From a virus (lineage: Duplodnaviria > Caudoviricetes), in IMG/VR virus record IMGVR_UViG_3300029288_000100, positions 46,099-110,098 of that record: a stretch of DNA of 64,000 bases; one strand, 5' to 3'. This document shows positions 37,424 to 46,742 of the stretch, in pieces. Position 1 is the stretch's first letter. Every line of letters begins with the position of its first letter. The position numbers and the translations under genes are program-made. Under the pieces are notes generated by a model. That model was not told the DNA's origin. It ran no database searches and was given only the letters and a program-made list of their open reading frames with translations.

Positions 37424-39103
37424 TCAGTTCCCGTCCGGGGTCGGGTATACGTGGTTGAGCACGCAGCACCAGTTGCCAGTGCAGTAGGGCGTCCCGTTGA
37501 CCCCAGCCTCTCGGTTGTAGGGGACAGGCGGCACCGGGGAACCCGGCGTCCGCACGCGACAAAGGTAGTCGTACTTGCGGTAGCGCGACGCGAGGTGTGC
37601 GTCGTACGAGTATCCACCATCAACCCCCGCCAGTGGTGGCCATGGCTTCTGCGCCTCAGACAGCACAACCGTCAGGTGATCTGCACCACAACCGGGATCA
37701 CGGACCCCGGTGAAGTTGAGCGCCAGCATGATGTCGCCGCGTGCTTGGCTCTTGTAGGCCTGATCAGAGAGTAGATTCGCAGTGCTGCACCACCCCGCTG
37801 GAGCTGAGACGGTGATTGAGCGCGTCACTGGCAGCGCCCCCACAATCACGGCTGTCAGGTGATCGAATCTCTCTGTTGTCTGTACTGGAGTGGTGCCGCT
37901 TAGCGTCACGCCGTCCACCGTGGTGGCAACGAACATCACCTTCGCGGTCGTCGCCGCATCAGCCACCACAGAGAGCCGCTGGCCGTTGATCAGATTGCCG
38001 CGGTTGTCGGTATAGGTGCGGATCCCCCTGGTTAGCGCGGCCGCTGCTAGTGTCGTGACGATCTGCCCTCCTGTCGTGCTGGAGATCGTGATCGTCCCGG
38101 TAGGTGTCCAGTTCGCTGCTGCACCAGCGAACGTGCTCCAGTTGACCCAACCAACCACCGGAGTTGTACCGTTCGACGCGTTCGTGGTGATCGTTTCCAC
38201 TCGCGGGAACCCGAGCGTGTCGAACCCGTAGATTACGACACCTTTCGCCTTGTCGTTCGCGACCGCACTCGAGCTTGCGACCGTGAGCGTGCTACCGCTC
38301 GTCGGCTGGTTGGTCACATCGGAGTCCAGTCCGGCGAAGCTCGGGCTGGTCCAGGCCGACAGGTGCATCCACCCGCGGTTGTTCGACACGAATTGACAGC
38401 AGCGCGGCTGGTACACCGCTCCACTGTCAGATCGACCCGGACACCCTGCTTCGGTGCTGCACCCCGCGTCTGGTATGAACTCCAGTGATCCGCAGCCACG
38501 TTTACATCCAATCGGGTCGTTCCACTGGGCATGATTCGCGTCGACGATTCCACCACCGTCTGCCGGAATGTACGGGCCCCGTGAACAGCGCGGAACCACC
38601 CCGAGCGCGACGCACCCAGCGTCCGTGCAGAGCGTCCCCGCGTCGTTACCAGTCTCCCAGGGCGACGGGTCACTCCAGGTTGGCGCCGACTCCGCGAGAC
38701 CAAGCCAGTGAACACTGTCCACGACGCGCGTCCCGTTCGTCCCGCGGAAGATCAGTTTGTGCCAACCCAACCCCAGTGGGACGTCGATCGACCACCGGCC
38801 CGCCTGTGTCAGCGTTGTGGAGGCGACCAGGTTCGCGAAGTCCCCGTCATACACTTGGAGCAGGGTGTTCGCCGCGCTGACGTGCCCGACGAGTTTCACG
38901 ACCCAGATCCTTGCTCCGCTCTCAGTCGAGGCGTCGGTCGGACGCTTGGCGATCCCAAGGTCACTCAGCATCGAGAGACACTGCCCTCTGTTGACGTTCG
39001 GCGTGAGCCGGGAGACAGGCTCGATGAAGATCACACCCAGCACGATCGCGGCAGTCGTTACCGCGCCGACCGCCACGCCGAAAATGATCCGCTTGGTTGA
39101 CAT
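37424..39103 (-). CDS. Membrane-anchored Cys-rich secreted protein with DAG motifs
   Basis: N-terminal TM, repeated DAG/DGG motifs, Cys clusters, Thr-rich beta domain; lower GC3 than neighbours. Confidence 0.75.
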   Translation of the reverse strand: MSTKRIIFGVAVGAVTTAAIVLGVIFIEPVSRLTPNVNRGQCLSMLSDLGIAKRPTDASTESGARIWVVKLVGHVSAANTLLQVYDGDFANLVASTTLTQAGRWSIDVPLGLGWHKLIFRGTNGTRVVDSVHWLGLAESAPTWSDPSPWETGNDAGTLCTDAGCVALGVVPRCSRGPYIPADGGGIVDANHAQWNDPIGCKRGCGSLEFIPDAGCSTEAGCPGRSDSGAVYQPRCCQFVSNNRGWMHLSAWTSPSFAGLDSDVTNQPTSGSTLTVASSSAVANDKAKGVVIYGFDTLGFPRVETITTNASNGTTPVVGWVNWSTFAGAAANWTPTGTITISSTTGGQIVTTLAAAALTRGIRTYTDNRGNLINGQRLSVVADAATTAKVMFVATTVDGVTLSGTTPVQTTERFDHLTAVIVGALPVTRSITVSAPAGWCSTANLLSDQAYKSQARGDIMLALNFTGVRDPGCGADHLTVVLSEAQKPWPPLAGVDGGYSYDAHLASRYRKYDYLCRVRTPGSPVPPVPYNREAGVNGTPYCTGNWCCVLNHVYPTPDGN

Positions 39104-39106
39104 GGG

Positions 39107-40687
39107 CTACTCCTCGAGCGTCAGGGAGGCCGCGCCCCAGGTCAGCAGATTGGCCTGGTCCATCTGACTGTGGACGATCAGGTCCCCGAGGTGCGCGTTG
39201 TAATCCGCCCAGAGCTCGGCGACGAGGGTGGTCAGTGAGGCGAGGTCGGCGGCGTCCGCGGCAGCGACCTCGTGCACGGTGTCGTCCTGCATGTGAACGT
39301 CGGCAGTCCCGGGGTCTGCCGCGGCGACCGCGTTCACGTTGTCGGGCGCGCCATGGACCGCGGGGGGACCACCTTCGAGCACTCGGTGCGCCTCGTACTG
39401 CGCCTTGAGGTCGATGCAGAGTGCGGCGACCTCAAGGAGGTTGACGCAGATTGGCTCAGTGACGACGTCCGTTTCGTCGACCGCCCCGTGCACCCCGCCG
39501 TCCGTCAGGACGCGGTGCGCCTCGTACTTCTCGCGGATCTGGTTCGCGAGCGTCACCGCGGTCCCGATGTCCGCAGCGTCCGCCGCGTCCACCACGTTGA
39601 CGCCGTCGGCCGCCCCGTGCACCCCACCCTCGAGCACGCGGTGTGCGTTGTAGTCATCCTTCATCTCCGTGAGGAGGGCGCAGCACTCCTCGAGCAGCGA
39701 GTCCTCGAGCCGGTGGAGATTGAACTGCGTCTTGATGTCATTGGCGAGGTCCTGCGCGGTCGCCAGGTCCACTGCAGTCGCCGCGGTCACCGCGTTAGCG
39801 TTGTCCGGGTGCGCGTGTACGCCCGGGGTCAACACCCGGTGCATCTCGTACAACACCTTGAGTCGGTTCAGCAGATCGACCTGTGAAGGAAAGTCGTTGG
39901 CTGGATCGACCGCAGCGATGACCGAGACGAAGTCGTCTGAGGCCGCGGTCACAGGGAGCAAGCGGCGCGCGCCCGCCGGGAGGTAGGTCGACCCAGCGAC
40001 GCCCCGCTCGGCCGCGACGATCGCGTCCCCCTGCTTGAACCACAGCGCCCGGTCCGCGACCAGCTCCCAGAGCCCCTCGGCGAGCTGCACGGAACGAACC
40101 GCCATCGAGGCGACGCCCAGCACCTGCCCACCCGTCCCGAGCTTGACCCCCGCGAAGCGCCGCCCGAGCGCGAGCAGAGTGGCCTCAGTCGCGAAGTTCT
40201 CCGCGGAGAGGGAAGCCAGGCTGCCGACCATCGAGAGGAGGTAGGTGAGCACCTCGACGGTCCGGTCCGCGTCGTTCCCCTCATGCTTCGCGTCCCCCGC
40301 CACGAGGACGTCGACCGATGTTGGATTTCCCTCCACCGCGTGGACACGGAGGAGAACAACCCCATCTCCGACGACCAGCGCGAAGCTCCCGTTGTCCGCG
40401 AGCGGCGGCGTGATGTAGCCGGTCGGCACGTACCTCCGCTGCAGCGCGCCCGCGCCATCGCGGTAGCTCGCGAGCTTGAGCTGCTGGAGAGTGACGGTCG
40501 GCGCCGCCCCACCTGCGAGCCGCACGAACCCGGTGATCGTCCGCCAGCCGGAGCAGTTGAGCGCGAGAGCCGGGTCGAGGTCGGCTAGCACCGCGGTGTC
40601 GGGCACGACGGGTGCCCCGACCAGCCTGCGGTGGTAGCGGTACTCCGGTCTGGGGGCGAGAACGTTGTCGTGGCGAGTCGCTTCCAT
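39107..40687 (-). CDS. Probable virion protein with His-containing repeats
   Basis: Repeats of Y(E/N)AHRVL..GVHG..D..N.V.AADA; start MEATRHD at 40687. Confidence 0.75.
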   Translation of the reverse strand: MEATRHDNVLAPRPEYRYHRRLVGAPVVPDTAVLADLDPALALNCSGWRTITGFVRLAGGAAPTVTLQQLKLASYRDGAGALQRRYVPTGYITPPLADNGSFALVVGDGVVLLRVHAVEGNPTSVDVLVAGDAKHEGNDADRTVEVLTYLLSMVGSLASLSAENFATEATLLALGRRFAGVKLGTGGQVLGVASMAVRSVQLAEGLWELVADRALWFKQGDAIVAAERGVAGSTYLPAGARRLLPVTAASDDFVSVIAAVDPANDFPSQVDLLNRLKVLYEMHRVLTPGVHAHPDNANAVTAATAVDLATAQDLANDIKTQFNLHRLEDSLLEECCALLTEMKDDYNAHRVLEGGVHGAADGVNVVDAADAADIGTAVTLANQIREKYEAHRVLTDGGVHGAVDETDVVTEPICVNLLEVAALCIDLKAQYEAHRVLEGGPPAVHGAPDNVNAVAAADPGTADVHMQDDTVHEVAAADAADLASLTTLVAELWADYNAHLGDLIVHSQMDQANLLTWGAASLTLEE

Positions 40688-40771
40688 GGGTGGAACCTCC
40701 ACCCGCACGCTATCCGCGCCGATGGGACGTCGCCGAGCAGAATGAGCACGTCGCGCTGGATACAGGTGGAC

Positions 40772-41542
40772 ATGCCGAAGAAAGCCAAGGACCTGGACCT
40801 GAAGCTGAACGAGGGAGCGCGGGCCCGCGCCGAGCTGGTGGCGCGCGAAGGCCCCCAGGGGGTGGGGGAGGAGATGTCCCGCCAGAAACGGGACGTGGCG
40901 CAGTACCGCGCGGGCCTCGCCCTGCTCTGGGATGATGGGCGCATCCTCGCGGAGACCGGGTGGAGCGCCCAGAAGCTCTCCGCTATCCGAGAGCTGGTCA
41001 GCCAGCTCGACGAGCAGGTCGCAAAGGGGACGGACACCGCGCGTGTCTGGGCGGAGTACCGGGAGCAGCAGTTCCAGTGTGCGCGCGAGCTCGAGGACCT
41101 CGCCGCCATCTTCCGCGGGTCGAGCCAGTTCAACGCGCTCGTCGCCGCGGTGAAGGCGCGCTCGGACATCCTGACCGGGCTCCTCAAGGCCGGGCAGGAC
41201 CTGGGCGTCATCAACCGCGCGAGCAAGAAGATCGAGATCCGCGGCAAGGTGGACGTGAATCGCCTCTCGGTTGAAGAGCTCCGCGTGCACCTCCGGCTGG
41301 AGCTCCAGGAGCTGGAGTCGATGTTGAAGCTCCCGGACGAGCGCAAGCCCCACAAGTTGCTCTCGCGCAGCCCGGCAGACGCCGTCCTGAACCGCATCCT
41401 GAGCGGCGCGGGGAAGTCGCGGGTGATTGAGGCAGAGGCGGAAGCGGTGGGGGAGGTGGACTCGGAGCCTGACCGGGATAGTGAACCTGCCCCGCGGGAG
41501 CCGCGCGTGCGCCGGCTGGCGGAGGACGAGGACGAAAGTTAG
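40772..41542 (+). CDS. Helical phage protein, possible terminase small subunit
   Basis: Good GC3 bias, helical, KKIEIRGKVDV..LSVEEL tail resembles TerS; opposite strand to the module. Confidence 0.55.
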   Translation: MPKKAKDLDLKLNEGARARAELVAREGPQGVGEEMSRQKRDVAQYRAGLALLWDDGRILAETGWSAQKLSAIRELVSQLDEQVAKGTDTARVWAEYREQQFQCARELEDLAAIFRGSSQFNALVAAVKARSDILTGLLKAGQDLGVINRASKKIEIRGKVDVNRLSVEELRVHLRLELQELESMLKLPDERKPHKLLSRSPADAVLNRILSGAGKSRVIEAEAEAVGEVDSEPDRDSEPAPREPRVRRLAEDEDES

Positions 41543-41742
41543 CCGCCCTCGTCTGCGCCCGGGCCACGCTGCGGATTCCACTCGGCGAGGTCCTCTGCCT
41601 TCACCAGCCAAGACCGCCCGACCTGGAATGCTGGCAGCTTTCCGTCCTGCACCGCCTGGAAGACCGCGATCCGGGAACACCCCTTCAGCTCTGCGACCTC
41701 CGGGAGGGTGTAGAGCTCTTTCTTGATCCGCTTCTTGGGCAT
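41539..41742 (-). CDS. HTH_17 / excisionase-like DNA-binding protein
   Basis: LYTLPEVAELKGCSRIAVFQAVQDGKLPAFQVGRSWLVKAEDL. Confidence 0.85.
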   Translation of the reverse strand: MPKKRIKKELYTLPEVAELKGCSRIAVFQAVQDGKLPAFQVGRSWLVKAEDLAEWNPQRGPGADEGG

Positions 41743-41748
41743 GACCAT

Positions 41749-41777
41749 AGCTTAACCCCCGTCAAGGAATGACGCAA
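41749..41777 (-). promoter_or_regulatory. Sigma-70-like promoter (TTGCGT-N17-TAAGCT) with degenerate operator CTTAACCCCCGTCAAG; probably leaderless
   Basis: 17-nt spacing; ATG begins 6 nt after the -10 box. Confidence 0.65.
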
Positions 41778-42133
41778 CAGTTCACCGGCGGATCCAGCTC
41801 CAGGTCATCCTCCCGGGCTGTGATCCGCCGAACGCCGGGGACGCACCGGCTCGAGGTCGCCACGAGCTCGCCGGCCAGGACCACGCCGATCTGCGTCGAG
41901 GCCGCCTCCAGGTCCGCGAACCCGAGCCCGTTGTGGGTCATCGTGCAGGCGTTCGGGTGCGCGGGGTCAATCGCGAACCAGGGCCAGAGCGCTGTCGGGT
42001 GGCCGCAGTGACGCAGAACCCACCCGCTCGTGTGGCGCCACTCCGCCGCGCACTTCGACCACGGATGGGGGTCGACTCTGATCCAACCGAGGTGCGCCAT
42101 CCGCTTGTGGCTGATGGGTGGGCGGCGGGTCAC
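41762..42133 (-). CDS. Hypothetical phage protein
   Basis: GTGA overlap; WRHTSGWVLRHCGHPTALWPW. Confidence 0.6.
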   Translation of the reverse strand: MTRRPPISHKRMAHLGWIRVDPHPWSKCAAEWRHTSGWVLRHCGHPTALWPWFAIDPAHPNACTMTHNGLGFADLEAASTQIGVVLAGELVATSSRCVPGVRRITAREDDLELDPPVNCCVIP

Positions 42134-42348
42134 GGCCGCCCCACCAGCGCGAGCAGCACCCGGGCCTGAGCGCGGGTCAGCTTCATCCGGATGTCCACCG
42201 CCGCAGCAGGAACGATCGCAACATCGAGCGACAGGCTCCACTCAGGCCGGCTACGCCCCCTGGCTGAGCACCAGAGCCCCATGGCGGGGGCGATGTCCCA
42301 GCAGCGGATGCCGCAGTCGCGGTAGCTCGGGCGAAGGTGCTCGGTCAT
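42130..42348 (-). CDS. Hypothetical protein
   Basis: Coupled overlaps on both sides. Confidence 0.5.
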   Translation of the reverse strand: MTEHLRPSYRDCGIRCWDIAPAMGLWCSARGRSRPEWSLSLDVAIVPAAAVDIRMKLTRAQARVLLALVGRP

Positions 42349-42689
42349 CGCCGTGCCTCTGTGTCCCGGTCCAGGGAGGGCTCCGCGGCCGGCTTGGCCA
42401 GCACGGCGTCGCAGAGCATCATCGCGCGCTGGTAGTGCTGCACGTGCTCATCACTCGCGTGACTGCGCAGGATCCCGAAGGCGGCCACAAGCTGGTGGCG
42501 CGCGGCGGTAAGCGCCTCGGTCAGCCGCGCCAGCTCCTCCAGCACTGCTGACTCCCCGGCGCAAGCGGACTCGATGGCAGTAGCCATCTTGGCTCTACCG
42601 AGGTCGTACCCGTAGGCGTCGCGCCTGTCCGCCTCGGCTTCACATCGGGCGCGACAGTCGTTGCACTGATCCAGGTGTGTGCAGCGCAT
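42345..42689 (-). CDS. Hypothetical Cys-containing protein
   Basis: GGAGGTG RBS; coupled overlap. Confidence 0.55.
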   Translation of the reverse strand: MRCTHLDQCNDCRARCEAEADRRDAYGYDLGRAKMATAIESACAGESAVLEELARLTEALTAARHQLVAAFGILRSHASDEHVQHYQRAMMLCDAVLAKPAAEPSLDRDTEARR

Positions 42690-42952
42690 CAGACCACCTC
42701 CTCGTCAAGGAGCTCGGCCTCCGGGTCGAGCTCACCGTACTCCAGCCGGATGCGGAACGACTCCAGCTCCTCCCGCATCCGGTGAAGCACGTGCAACTGG
42801 AGTTGCAGCTCCTTCCAGAGATCCCCCTGTTCCGGCCCCCCGCGGCGCTTCGCATCGCTTTGGCGCCTCCGGAGGTCCGCGACCCACCACCACTGGCGCG
42901 GGATCTCGCGCTCCAGGTCGGCGATCTCCGCCTCCAGCTCCCGCTTCGTCAC
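42689..42952 (-). CDS. Hypothetical coiled-coil protein
   Basis: GTGA overlap with the DUF4942 stop. Confidence 0.55.
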   Translation of the reverse strand: MTKRELEAEIADLEREIPRQWWWVADLRRRQSDAKRRGGPEQGDLWKELQLQLHVLHRMREELESFRIRLEYGELDPEAELLDEEVV

Positions 42953-43782
42953 GCGCGCCCCCTGTCCTCCGCGGGAGGGAGGGCCCCTGGATGGTGCTTC
43001 GCCACGATCTCGTTCAGTCGGTCGACCAGGTCCGGCCGCAGAAAGGTCAGATGCCCATTGCTGTTCTTGAAGCACCGGATGGAGATCAGGTCCGCAATCG
43101 CCACCGGCTCAACCGGGAACCGGGTGTCGAAGGTGATCACCTCCCGGAGCGCGTTGTAGGCGCCCTGCCGGTGATCGGGCTCGGGCCTGCCGTCGAGGAC
43201 CGACATCACGCGGATCAGGTCGTCGAGCCCGTTGCAGCCCGCCAAGCTTGGCCCAGTGTGATACTTCTGCCCGCCGCTGCCCCAGACCTCCACGATGCGC
43301 CGCAGGACAATCCGCTTACCGAAGAGGCGCGGGTTGTTGGTCTTGTAGTCCCAGCTCAGGTGACGAAAGACCTCCACCACCCCGCGCTCGAACATCTCCC
43401 GCCGGGCGGCGAAGAGCTCCTTGAAGGTTTCCTCGATGTTCTCCTGGGTAAGCGCCGGCACCCGGCGCTCGTAGATGTCTTTGGTCCACTGCTCGCGCGC
43501 TTTGGCGTCCATGAAGGTCCTCAGGCCGCTCTTGTTCATGAGGAAGTCCCAGGCCGTCGCGTCCACCCGCTTGACCAGCGCCTCGACATCACCCGGGAGG
43601 TAGGCGTGCACCCGCTGGCACTGCAGACTTGGCACCGCGTCATCTGACCCGAAGGCCGCCTCGCTCAACTCGCCCACCTCGATGAGCAGTGTAGCGATCT
43701 GGCGTAGCCGCTCTGCAATCGCGTTGCGCTGCGCCAGCAGATTGCTGATGGAGACGGACGGCACCAAGTCGGTCGCGTGCAT
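42949..43782 (-). CDS. DUF4942 domain protein
   Basis: AWDFLMNKSGLRTFMDAKAREQW, MFERGVVEVFRHLSWDYKTN, CFKNSNGHLTF. Confidence 0.88.
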   Translation of the reverse strand: MHATDLVPSVSISNLLAQRNAIAERLRQIATLLIEVGELSEAAFGSDDAVPSLQCQRVHAYLPGDVEALVKRVDATAWDFLMNKSGLRTFMDAKAREQWTKDIYERRVPALTQENIEETFKELFAARREMFERGVVEVFRHLSWDYKTNNPRLFGKRIVLRRIVEVWGSGGQKYHTGPSLAGCNGLDDLIRVMSVLDGRPEPDHRQGAYNALREVITFDTRFPVEPVAIADLISIRCFKNSNGHLTFLRPDLVDRLNEIVAKHHPGALPPAEDRGRA

Positions 43783-43791
43783 GCGTTCACC

Positions 43792-44685
43792 TCATGCCTT
43801 CTTCAGCCCGCAGTCGAGGAGGTGCTGGGCCAGCTTCTCTCGTACCTCGAGGTTCTGGGTCAGCCACTGGCAGGCGGCGGCCCGACCCTGGCCGAGCTGC
43901 GTCTCGTTGAGCGCGTACCAGGAGCCGCTCTTCTTGATGACGCCCGCCTCGAGGCCGAGGTCCACTATCTCGGCCTCCCGGTGCACGCCCTTACCGTAGA
44001 CAATGTCGAACTCAGCCTCGCAGAAGGGCGGGGCGAGCTTGTTCTTGACCACCTTGACCAGTGTGCGGTTTCCGATCACCTGGTCTCCCTGCTTGATGGC
44101 GTCGATGCACCGGATGTCCATGCGCACCGAGGCGTAGAACTTGAGCGCAGTGCACACTGCAATCGAGCCGTATGTGACACCGATTTTCTGTCGCGTCTGG
44201 CGGATGAAGAGGATGCTCGTGCCCGTGCGGAAGGCAGCGCCGGTGAGCTTGCGCATCGCCTGGCTCATCAGCCGCGCCCGCAGCCCCATATGGGTGTCGC
44301 CCATGTCGCCCTCGAGCTCGGCCTTGGGCACCAGCGCCGCGACCGAGTCCACGACCACGATGTCGACCGCGTTCGACTTCACCAGCATATCGGTGATCTC
44401 GAGCGCCTGCTCGCCGTGGTCCGGCTGAGACAACAAGAGCTCCTCGACGCGGACGCCCAGCTTGTGGGCGTAGCCCACGTCGAGCGCGTGCTCGGCGTCG
44501 ATGAAGCCGCACACCCCGCCGCGCCGCTGCACCTCGGCGATGGCGTGGAGGGCCAGGGTGGTCTTGCCCGAGGACTCGGGGCCGTAGACCTCGATCAGCC
44601 GGCCGCGGGGGAGCCCCCCGGTGCCCAGCGCCAGGTCCAGGGTGAGCGACCCTGAGGGGAAGGTCTCTACTGCCGTCGCGTTCAT
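43792..44685 (-). CDS. recA: RecA homolog, N-terminally truncated with altered loop L2
   Basis: [50 protein letters not shown]. Confidence 0.93.
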   Translation of the reverse strand: MNATAVETFPSGSLTLDLALGTGGLPRGRLIEVYGPESSGKTTLALHAIAEVQRRGGVCGFIDAEHALDVGYAHKLGVRVEELLLSQPDHGEQALEITDMLVKSNAVDIVVVDSVAALVPKAELEGDMGDTHMGLRARLMSQAMRKLTGAAFRTGTSILFIRQTRQKIGVTYGSIAVCTALKFYASVRMDIRCIDAIKQGDQVIGNRTLVKVVKNKLAPPFCEAEFDIVYGKGVHREAEIVDLGLEAGVIKKSGSWYALNETQLGQGRAAACQWLTQNLEVREKLAQHLLDCGLKKA

Positions 44686-44699
44686 GCGTTCACCTCGTC

Positions 44700-45365
44700 T
44701 CAAGGCAGAAGGTGCAGGGCGGCATCCCGGAGGTACCGCTCCTCCCCATCCACCGCCACGTGGTAGACCCAGGTCACCGCTCGGTGCGGGCACCCGGCCG
44801 CGAAGAGCGCGCGCTCTGCCACCCCGCGGAGCCAGTCCCTTTGAACCGAGCGCTCGACGTCCGCGCGCTCGATCCGCCCCCACTCGCCTGGCCGCCTCTC
44901 GAGGTCCGCGGTTGTGACGCAGCGGAAGCACTCTCCCACCCAGCACGTCTCCCAGCCGCCGCGCCCGAGCTTGTCCACCGTCCAGGTCGCCGCCGGCGGA
45001 GTCAACCCCTGCAGCGCGGTCCGGGCCACCTCCGCCAGTTCGCGAGCTCGTTCCTCTACGTGCGCCGCCATCAGGCGCTTGGTCTCTGCGCGCGCCTCGC
45101 GCTCCGCCGCCTTGACCGCCGGGAAGTCGACCCCTGGGAGAAGCCCCTCAGCGAGCAACTTGGGGCCGCAGCCAGACCCCACCGTCAGGGAGCCCCCACC
45201 CGGTCGCTCGAGCAGCGTCCAGACCACCGCGTGCCGCCTCCCGCACCGCACGCACTCAGGGAGCTCGCACGTGTCGACCGGTAGCCGCTTCCCGGAGTCC
45301 CAGTCAATCGGGCGGACGTCGTGGATCTTGAGCAGCTCGTAGGTCTTGCCAGCGTCGAGCGTCAT
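44700..45365 (-). CDS. Zn-finger-like phage protein
   Basis: [13 protein letters not shown] motif. Confidence 0.7.
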   Translation of the reverse strand: MTLDAGKTYELLKIHDVRPIDWDSGKRLPVDTCELPECVRCGRRHAVVWTLLERPGGGSLTVGSGCGPKLLAEGLLPGVDFPAVKAAEREARAETKRLMAAHVEERARELAEVARTALQGLTPPAATWTVDKLGRGGWETCWVGECFRCVTTADLERRPGEWGRIERADVERSVQRDWLRGVAERALFAAGCPHRAVTWVYHVAVDGEERYLRDAALHLLP

Positions 45366-45628
45366 CAGCGCACATCCTCACGCCGGTTGCTGTGCAGAGT
45401 CACAAGGCGCTCTGCGGCCGCTTCCGGAGTCCGATAGATGATGCAACTGTTAGCAGGCTCGAAGCCGGCGTTGGGGTAGAGCTGGCAGCAAGGAACCAGC
45501 GGGCGCCAGCCACCCTCAGCCCTACGAACCGCACCGACGGTCTTTCCGGCAATGCTGACGCGACCGAAGTTCTGGCTGAGCATTTCAACCTTCATCTGAG
45601 CCTCCTTCGTCTGCGTCTTGTTGTTCAT
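45365..45628 (-). CDS. Small early phage protein
   Basis: Follows the promoter; internal AAGGAGG before the second Met. Confidence 0.6.
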   Translation of the reverse strand: MNNKTQTKEAQMKVEMLSQNFGRVSIAGKTVGAVRRAEGGWRPLVPCCQLYPNAGFEPANSCIIYRTPEAAAERLVTLHSNRREDVR

Positions 45629-45634
45629 GAATCT

Positions 45635-45663
45635 ATCTTAACCGTGGTTAAGCAAAAAGTCAA
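45635..45663 (-). promoter_or_regulatory. Promoter TTGACT-N17-TAAGAT with operator CTTAACCGTGGTTAAG (45637-45652)
   Basis: Near-consensus hexamers in an AT-rich gap; near-identical copy at 46675-46703. Confidence 0.85.
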
Positions 45664-45998
45664 TACCCCAAAAGGAACATCAGCTGCAAATCTCGCTGAG
45701 CGTCCTCTTTCCGCCACCGCTCGACGTCCGCATCGCTCGGGAGAACGACGGGAAGGTCCTCAGGTTCATAGATGGTGGGGTCGATCCCTTCCTCCTCGAG
45801 TCGCACTAGCCACCGCGCTGCCTCGAACGGGTCGTGAGCCAGGACCACAGGACCTCCCTGAAGGTCCAGAACACACCAGGTTGGAGTCTCCGGGGTGACC
45901 ACCGCAGGGGTGTACCGGCCAGCGGAGAACCTCTCCCCGAGGTAGCTCCCCCTGGTCACGAGCTGCACCAGGACTTGCTCGATATCGTCGGAGATCAT
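45660..45998 (-). CDS. Hypothetical phage protein
   Basis: ATGA overlap with the upstream ORF. Confidence 0.6.
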   Translation of the reverse strand: MISDDIEQVLVQLVTRGSYLGERFSAGRYTPAVVTPETPTWCVLDLQGGPVVLAHDPFEAARWLVRLEEEGIDPTIYEPEDLPVVLPSDADVERWRKEDAQRDLQLMFLLGY

Positions 45999-46390
45999 GC
46001 CGCCACCCGCCCGGCCTCGCGGAGCACCTTCTCGAGCTGCCAGTGGATCTCCACGTGCTTGTAGAAGTTGCACGAGAAGTAGTCCACCGACGAGTCCGAG
46101 TCGTCCCGCCGGTAGGCGTCGACCAGCCCCTCGAGCTGCTTGAGGAGCGCGCAGGTCTCGGGCGCCTTCGCGTGCGGGCACTCCGGGTCGCCGGCCAACA
46201 CCGGGAACCCAGCCGGGAGCGCGGTCACGTTGACGGACAGGGAGCACCCCATGGAGAACCTCGAGATCGTCACGCTCGCCTTGAGGCCGGCGGGGAGCTC
46301 GCCCGCCCGCACTGCCTCCCTGATATCCACGCGGAGCGCCTTGGCGATCTCCGCAACGTCCTGACCCTGGATGTACTTGGAACCGTTCAC
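45995..46390 (-). CDS. LPD29-like domain protein
   Basis: IAKALR..LP.GLKASVTISRFS.G.SL.V and DDSDSSVDYF..NFY pattern. Confidence 0.6.
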   Translation of the reverse strand: MNGSKYIQGQDVAEIAKALRVDIREAVRAGELPAGLKASVTISRFSMGCSLSVNVTALPAGFPVLAGDPECPHAKAPETCALLKQLEGLVDAYRRDDSDSSVDYFSCNFYKHVEIHWQLEKVLREAGRVAA

Positions 46391-46668
46391 TGGGCACCTC
46401 CCTGCACGATCGCGTAAGCGAGCTCGAAGCCGAGGTCGAACTGCTTGCTCTGCTTGATGAAGGCCGTGAACACCTTGGCGTGGCGGGGGAGGGCCCGACG
46501 CAGCTGCGCGTAGGTGACGATGTTGACGTACGCGAAGGCGTCGACGTCGATCCCCACCTCCGCCGCCCACTCCCGAGCAACCTGGGACAGAGCCTCGTAC
46601 CCGTTGCAAGCCGCGATCTTCTTCATCAGCTGCGTCATCTTCGGCTCCTCGGTTCGTGTCGTGTTCAT
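46387..46668 (-). CDS. Small early phage protein
   Basis: Directly follows the promoter; GAGGAG before the second Met. Confidence 0.65.
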   Translation of the reverse strand: MNTTRTEEPKMTQLMKKIAACNGYEALSQVAREWAAEVGIDVDAFAYVNIVTYAQLRRALPRHAKVFTAFIKQSKQFDLGFELAYAIVQGGAQ

Positions 46669-46674
46669 GTTCTT

Positions 46675-46703
46675 ATCTTAACCGCGGTTAAGCACAAAGT
46701 CAA
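46675..46703 (-). promoter_or_regulatory. Promoter TTGACT-N17-TAAGAT with perfect 16-bp palindrome CTTAACCGCGGTTAAG (46677-46692)
   Basis: Read directly from the sequence. Confidence 0.85.
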
Positions 46704-46742
46704 TCCCCCAGCGAACGATTTTCACCGCGGGCTCGATTATCG

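Noticed and set aside
43792-44946. 384-aa full-length RecA from the upstream start in the ORF track
   Set aside because: The extra N-terminal residues overlap another gene and do not resemble RecA; the RBS-supported start is at 44685
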